Positions 59,074 through 64,000 of a stretch of 64,000 bases of DNA are shown here, piece after piece. Positions within the stretch are counted from its first letter, which is position 1. Each line of letters starts with the position of its first letter. The notes beneath the pieces are model-generated. The model saw nothing but the letters and a program-made list of their open reading frames with translations, did no database searches and was not told where the DNA came from. The translations under genes were made by a program, and so were the position numbers. This stretch comes from Marispirochaeta sp. (GTDB taxonomy: Bacteria; Spirochaetota; Spirochaetia; JC444; Marispirochaetaceae), in NCBI GenBank assembly GCA_963676835.2, contig CAXXFF010000002.1:768001-832000 (forward strand). Direction: 5' to 3'.

Positions 59074-60438
59074 ATGCAAAACAACGCACGAACTGAACTC
59101 CTGAGATCCGGAGAAATAGGCAAAGCTCTACGCACCCTGGCAATTCCTGCTGTGACCGCCATGATGGTAAATGCCGTCTACAATGTGGTTGATACAGCCT
59201 TTATCGGTCTGCTGCACGACACCGCATCTATCGGTGCTGCGGCAATTCTGTTTCCTGTTTTTATGCTGATTGGCGCCATAGGGCTTACCTTCGGCATGGG
59301 GGCAGCCTCCCTGATTTCCCGCCAGCTGGGTGCGAATGATGCAGATGGGGCCAGGAAAACAGCCTCCACCGCCTTTTATACCACCCTGGTTATAGGGCTC
59401 ATCTTTGCCATACTGGGAAACATCTACATTGAAAAGGTGCTGAGACTTTTCGGGGCAACTGACAGTATTCTTGAAAAATCGGAAATCTACGGCCGGATAA
59501 TAATCGGCGGATCATTCTTTCAGATTCTGAATATGACCATGAACAACCTTCTTCGCTCGGAGGGGGCTGCAAAGTACAGCAGTATGGCCCTTATGGCCGG
59601 GGGAATTCTCAATATAATTTTCGATCCGATTTTTATGTTCGTGTTTAATTTCGGCCTCGCCGGAGCGGCCATGGCCACCATTACCGCCCAGATGATAAGC
59701 ACGGTATACCTGCTTCTCTATTTTCTGCGCAAAAAGGGTATTCTGAGGCTGAAGCTGAAAGACTTTTCGCCCCGGATAAAGCTCTACGGCGGAATTCTGA
59801 ACACCGGACTGCCTACCTTCTACCGGCAGGTGCTGACCAGCATTGCCATGGGGATGTTCAATAACGCAGCCGGGCTTTTCGGTGATCCGGCTATTGCCGC
59901 GATCGGCATTGTGATGCGGGTTGTATCTCTTATGATGATGGCAATTTTCGGCATAGGTCAGGGGCTTCAGCCACTGGCGGGATTTAATTTCGGTGCCCGC
60001 CAGTTTGACCGGGTAATACAGGCCACCATGAAGGCTCTCAAATGGAGCACAGTTTTTGCTGCCCTTATGGCATCACTCTTTTTTATCTTTGCCCGTCAGA
60101 TTGTGCAGGGGTTTTCTCAGGATCCGGAGGTTATCCGCATCGGTGTTCTCGGGTTCCGGCTTTTCAGTTCTACCATGATTTTCATCGGCAGTCAGGTAGT
60201 ATTCAGTACTCTCTTTCAGGCCCTCGGAAAGGGACGTCAGGCGGGGATTCTGGCTGTGGCCCGGCAGGGACTCTTCTTTATTCCCATGATTCTGACTCTG
60301 CCCCGCTTTTTCGGTCTTACCGGTGTACTGATTTCTCAACCCCTGGCGGATATCTGTGCCTTTGTAATTACCATTATACTGGCCGTAAAAGAGATGAAGC
60401 ATCTGAATGAGCTGACTCAGAACAACTCTACTAACTAG
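59074..60438 (+). CDS. MATE family efflux transporter
   Basis: YNVVDTAFIG, LRSEG, NIIFDPIF..GLAGAAMAT, QPLAGFNFGA. Confidence 0.94.
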   Translation: MQNNARTELLRSGEIGKALRTLAIPAVTAMMVNAVYNVVDTAFIGLLHDTASIGAAAILFPVFMLIGAIGLTFGMGAASLISRQLGANDADGARKTASTAFYTTLVIGLIFAILGNIYIEKVLRLFGATDSILEKSEIYGRIIIGGSFFQILNMTMNNLLRSEGAAKYSSMALMAGGILNIIFDPIFMFVFNFGLAGAAMATITAQMISTVYLLLYFLRKKGILRLKLKDFSPRIKLYGGILNTGLPTFYRQVLTSIAMGMFNNAAGLFGDPAIAAIGIVMRVVSLMMMAIFGIGQGLQPLAGFNFGARQFDRVIQATMKALKWSTVFAALMASLFFIFARQIVQGFSQDPEVIRIGVLGFRLFSSTMIFIGSQVVFSTLFQALGKGRQAGILAVARQGLFFIPMILTLPRFFGLTGVLISQPLADICAFVITIILAVKEMKHLNELTQNNSTN

Positions 60439-62092
60439 CCTGCCACTGGGGAGATTCTTCTTTCAGATGGAATTCGGCTGTAATTTCACGCAGATCCTGC
60501 GCCTGTGAGGCGAGCTCATGGGCAGCAGAAGAACTTTCTTCTGCGGTGGCAGTATTGGACTGGGTTGCTTCATCTATCTGTCCCAGTCCCTGAGTTATTT
60601 CAGAAATGCTTGATGCCTGTTCTTTGCTTGAATGCGAGATTCCCTCTGTTGCTGTTGCCAGCTCATCTATCATTGAGATTATACCATTCAAGGCGCTGGT
60701 CGTTGATTTGGCTGCGGCATCGCCTTCGCTCACTTTTTGGAGAGCGTTTTCTACCATGCTGGTTGTATCCTGAACTGCCTTGGCGCTGTTCACTGCCAGG
60801 GTACGGACCTCATCGGCGACAACTGCAAAACCCCTGCCGTATTTCCCCGCCCGGGCAGCCTCAACGTTTGCATTCAATGCAAGTAGATTTATCTGAAATG
60901 CAATATCATCAATAACCTTAACTATGTTTTTTATTTCTGCCGCGGAGCTGTTTATCTCTTCCATGGCATTTCCCAGTATTTCTATGGATTCACCGCCTTT
61001 CCTGGCATCTTCTTTCATTTTCTCAGCCAGGGAAAAGGTGCCCATGGCCGCTTTGGCATTCTCTCCGGCCCCGGCATTAATCAATTCCAGCGAGGCACTG
61101 ATTTCCTGTAGCGAACTTGCCTGCTCCGTGGATGTCTGGGCGAGGCTTTCTGAAGCTCTGGCGATCTCCGACGAGCTTACAGCAACACCATTGCCTATCT
61201 GGTTCATAATCCTCATAGCCGAGTTTAAAGACTGCGACATTGTTTTCAGGGAGATCCCAAGGCTGTCTTTGTCAGACTCAATATGCACATCTCCGGTTAG
61301 ATCCTTGTGGGCAATAGCTTCAAGTACTCTGCTTTTCTCTTCCAGCGAGCTGCGCATTCGACTGAAAGATGCGGAAAGGGCACCAAGTTCATCCCGGGTT
61401 TTTATCTCCAAAGCTTGCTCGGAGAGATTTCCTTCGGCTATTTTGTCGGAAACTGCAGTAATCCGGATAAGGGGTCGGGTTATGGTATTGCGGATATAGA
61501 GTGCGGAAAGAAAAATTACCAGAATACTTAAAGCCAATATTATCAGTTGGAAATGGATCAGCTTTCTAATTTTCAGTTCCCCGGCTTTTTGCATCATTAC
61601 TACAGCTGCGTTCATATTGGTTAGAAGATTTATGCTGTCTTCCAGGGCGAAGCTGGTCAGAACGCCCATATCATTGTTTTCGGCATTCATGATCTGGTCC
61701 ATTCTCCGCTGAAATCCGGACCAGATTGAAGCAACTTTTTCAAGCTGATTGAAAATTTCCGTATTCTCCGCCCCGGGAATTACGGTAAATTCTGTACGTC
61801 CGAGATCCAGCGGTAAAGATCCTCCATCTTTCATTGCCATAAGGCTTTCGTTGAAGATTGTGCGGGTGGTTGCTATCTGTTTTTGTATACTCCGGTCTCC
61901 AGTGAGTACATAGAGCATTAATTCCTTGGTCATTTTTTGCGACAGCATACGCTGTCTGCCTCCCATATTGATGGTGACAGCATCATTTTTCTGCCGGTTA
62001 GTGGTTCTCAGGGTGCCTATAAATGCAGCTGAAAGCAGGAATGTGAAAATTAAAAGAACCAGAAGAAGACGTGAGAGTACTGATTGTTTCAT
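60431..62092 (-). CDS. Methyl-accepting chemotaxis protein with PilJ/NarX-like sensor
   Basis: INMGGRQRMLSQKM, HAMP, IAFQINLLALNANVEAARAG..GFAVVADEVR. Confidence 0.94.
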   Translation of the reverse strand: MKQSVLSRLLLVLLIFTFLLSAAFIGTLRTTNRQKNDAVTINMGGRQRMLSQKMTKELMLYVLTGDRSIQKQIATTRTIFNESLMAMKDGGSLPLDLGRTEFTVIPGAENTEIFNQLEKVASIWSGFQRRMDQIMNAENNDMGVLTSFALEDSINLLTNMNAAVVMMQKAGELKIRKLIHFQLIILALSILVIFLSALYIRNTITRPLIRITAVSDKIAEGNLSEQALEIKTRDELGALSASFSRMRSSLEEKSRVLEAIAHKDLTGDVHIESDKDSLGISLKTMSQSLNSAMRIMNQIGNGVAVSSSEIARASESLAQTSTEQASSLQEISASLELINAGAGENAKAAMGTFSLAEKMKEDARKGGESIEILGNAMEEINSSAAEIKNIVKVIDDIAFQINLLALNANVEAARAGKYGRGFAVVADEVRTLAVNSAKAVQDTTSMVENALQKVSEGDAAAKSTTSALNGIISMIDELATATEGISHSSKEQASSISEITQGLGQIDEATQSNTATAEESSSAAHELASQAQDLREITAEFHLKEESPQWQAS

Positions 62093-62161
62093 GGCGGGAG
62101 CCCCCTATAGTATAAATCTTACTGTTTCCATAGGGGACTTCAAGGAAATTCCTGTTTTAAT

Positions 62162-62644
62162 TTACCCGCAGCATTTCTTGTATTTTTTTCCGCTGCCGCA
62201 GGGACAGGGATCGTTACGGCCAACCTTGGGGCTTTCCCGTACAACAGTGCGCTGTGGAGCTGCCCCGTCAAGAAAGTACCAGCGGCCCATCTCTTTTACA
62301 AAGCTGCTTACCTCGTGGTGAGCCTGTTCTTCGCCGTTCTGCCTGTAGCGGGCAATGAACTCAACGGTTCCTTCGGTGTCCGATTTTCCGCCCTGTGTTG
62401 TGGAAACTATCTCAAGGCCCAGCCATTCCGACTCTTCCGCCCACTCTTTGCTGCCTTCAATATCAAGGCTGTCCCTGGTTCTGGGGCTGTGGGTGGATTC
62501 TATATAAGCCATATTGGCGGTGGTGTAGGCACTGTACCTGGCCCGCATCTGGGCTTCGGCTGTGGGGGCCTGTTTGTTTCCTGTAAGATAGGGCTCGCAG
62601 CAGAGAGCAAAGGTTTTACCGCTTCCGCAGGGACACTTGGACAT
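62162..62644 (-). CDS. ychJ: YchJ family protein with SEC-C motifs
   Basis: [43 protein letters not shown]. Confidence 0.92.
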   Translation of the reverse strand: MSKCPCGSGKTFALCCEPYLTGNKQAPTAEAQMRARYSAYTTANMAYIESTHSPRTRDSLDIEGSKEWAEESEWLGLEIVSTTQGGKSDTEGTVEFIARYRQNGEEQAHHEVSSFVKEMGRWYFLDGAAPQRTVVRESPKVGRNDPCPCGSGKKYKKCCG

Positions 62645-62768
62645 AGTTCCGTTCTCCTCGTATTCGTCGACTAAACAGAAGTGTAACGGAATTCAGCCCC
62701 GGCTTCCATATCTCTCTCATTTTCCCCCTGGTTCTTCAGCTCTTATTTTTAGGGAGAGGAGTCCGGGC

Positions 62769-63395
62769 TCAGCCTGCGTCTGAGATTGCTCCGACAGGAG
62801 AGTTCACCTGGGCGCGTATTTTTAAAGTCTTAACGCTTTTATACCCTCTGCCGGTATTGATGTAGCGCATAACTCCGTTCAGGCTGCGGCGGTCCAGGAA
62901 TTCAAGCAGGGGCTGTTCGGCCAGACTGAACCCTTTGAGGGCCATTTTTATCTGTTCATCCCATTTTGAACCATAGGTATCAATATCATTAGTCAGGAGC
63001 ATTTCCCGGCAGCCCTCTTCGTTACAGCTTAAGGGGAAATCGTAATCCATGTTGAACAGTCCATATTCATCGGTGATCTCTTCCCCGGCTTCTATATCTC
63101 TCAGGGCGATCTCAAAACCCCATCCGGTACTCATGGTATTGGCCCGGCATGAATGGTTAACGTATTTGGCAATGTCCCAGCTGAGGATCCGGGTCCCGCG
63201 GTTGTCTCTGTAGGAGTATTTTTCCGCTTGTGCCTGAAGTGCCGGGGAGAGTTTATCGTACTGTCTGGGAGAGAGGCAGATCTCCATCTCATCCTTTACG
63301 TAGGTAATGGTTCCCCGGGGAATGGGTTCGGATGCGATAACGCCGTATCCGATATGCTCGTTAATCAGAACGAGCCTGGTAGAAGGATGAATCAT
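62769..63395 (-). CDS. SET-domain protein
   Basis: GYGVIA, YVNHSC..N, ALRDIEAGEEITDEY; GGAGG RBS before MIHP. Confidence 0.9.
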   Translation of the reverse strand: MIHPSTRLVLINEHIGYGVIASEPIPRGTITYVKDEMEICLSPRQYDKLSPALQAQAEKYSYRDNRGTRILSWDIAKYVNHSCRANTMSTGWGFEIALRDIEAGEEITDEYGLFNMDYDFPLSCNEEGCREMLLTNDIDTYGSKWDEQIKMALKGFSLAEQPLLEFLDRRSLNGVMRYINTGRGYKSVKTLKIRAQVNSPVGAISDAG

Positions 63396-63545
63396 GACAC
63401 CTCCGATTTTATTTCCATATAGATCAAATTCACCCATGCGTCTACTGGTTTACCGATATATTTTAACAAATTTTTCAGGTTTAGCCCTGCTTCGCGTACT
63501 GAGGTCTTGACTTTCCCGGTGAAGATAAGAATTATAGGTAGCGTA

Positions 63546-63650
63546 ATGAGTTTTTATCTGCACCTGAACAACCTATTCCTCGGAAACCTACTACTATCTC
63601 TAGGTGGATTACCGGAATCCGAAGAACAAGTTCAGCGCGGGAGTGTGTAG
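63546..63650 (+). CDS. Putative leuA leader peptide, 34 aa
   Basis: MSFYLHLNNLFLGNLLLSLGGLPESEEQVQRGSV; 9 Leu codons, 5 of them CTA, including CTA CTA CTA. Confidence 0.8.
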   Translation: MSFYLHLNNLFLGNLLLSLGGLPESEEQVQRGSV

Positions 63651-63676
63651 CTCATTACGCTGAAAGCAGGCAGTAC

Positions 63677-63713
63677 AGCCCGCTACCGTTCTTCGGTGGC
63701 GGGCTTTTTTTTT
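63677..63713 (+). terminator. Attenuator terminator upstream of leuA
   Basis: AGCCCGCTACCG-ttctt-CGGTGGCGGGCT followed by a T run. Confidence 0.88.
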
Positions 63714-63740
63714 AATCCTGCACGAATCAAGGAGGATACT

Positions 63741-64000
63741 ATGGCAAAATACACCCCGTTCAAGGCTGTGGATCTGCCGGACAGAACCTGGCCGAGTAAA
63801 ACAATCGATAAGGCGCCCATATGGTGCAGTGTGGATCTTCGTGACGGCAACCAGGCCCTGGCGATACCCATGGGAAGTGCGGAAAAACTGGAATATTTCA
63901 AGCTTCTTGTCGATGTAGGCTTCAAGGAGATTGAGGTTGGGTTTCCCTCGGCCTCCCAGACCGATTTTGATTTTGTCCGGGCACTTATTGATGGCAATCA
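63741..64000 (+). CDS. leuA: 2-isopropylmalate synthase (yeast/actinobacterial type), 3' end outside window
   Basis: Own translation [69 protein letters not shown]. Confidence 0.95.
   Translation, partial: MAKYTPFKAVDLPDRTWPSKTIDKAPIWCSVDLRDGNQALAIPMGSAEKLEYFKLLVDVGFKEIEVGFPSASQTDFDFVRALIDGN

Overview
Bacterial chromosomal window, probably from a free-living anaerobic spirochaete (inferred from the gene complement and conserved hypothetical proteins, not from a database search). It is mostly housekeeping and signalling genes: leuB, acyl-CoA dehydratase activase, nfnAB, trxA, tkt, GH65, addBA, tRNA-Ala, lspA, Lon-like protease, flgM, rsmI, aspS, parE/parC, a NifB/NifX-ATPase-DUF134 operon, MATE, MCP and the start of leuA. 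The main signal is a stand-alone HUH/Y1 (RAYT-like) nuclease gene at 13249-13722. It is surrounded by 14 exact copies of the non-palindromic 10-mer GGGACGGAGG between 4355 and 25143, and I saw no exact copy in the remaining ~39 kb. Nine copies lie inside ordinary genes, in all three reading frames. Other leads: a possible split class III cyclase pair, a 513-aa protein with an interrupted HPr fold, two paralogous Cys-rich mini-proteins, a leucine attenuator missed by the ORF track, a nested-stem intergenic element and two apparently dead enzyme domains. All calls and motif counts were made by eye.
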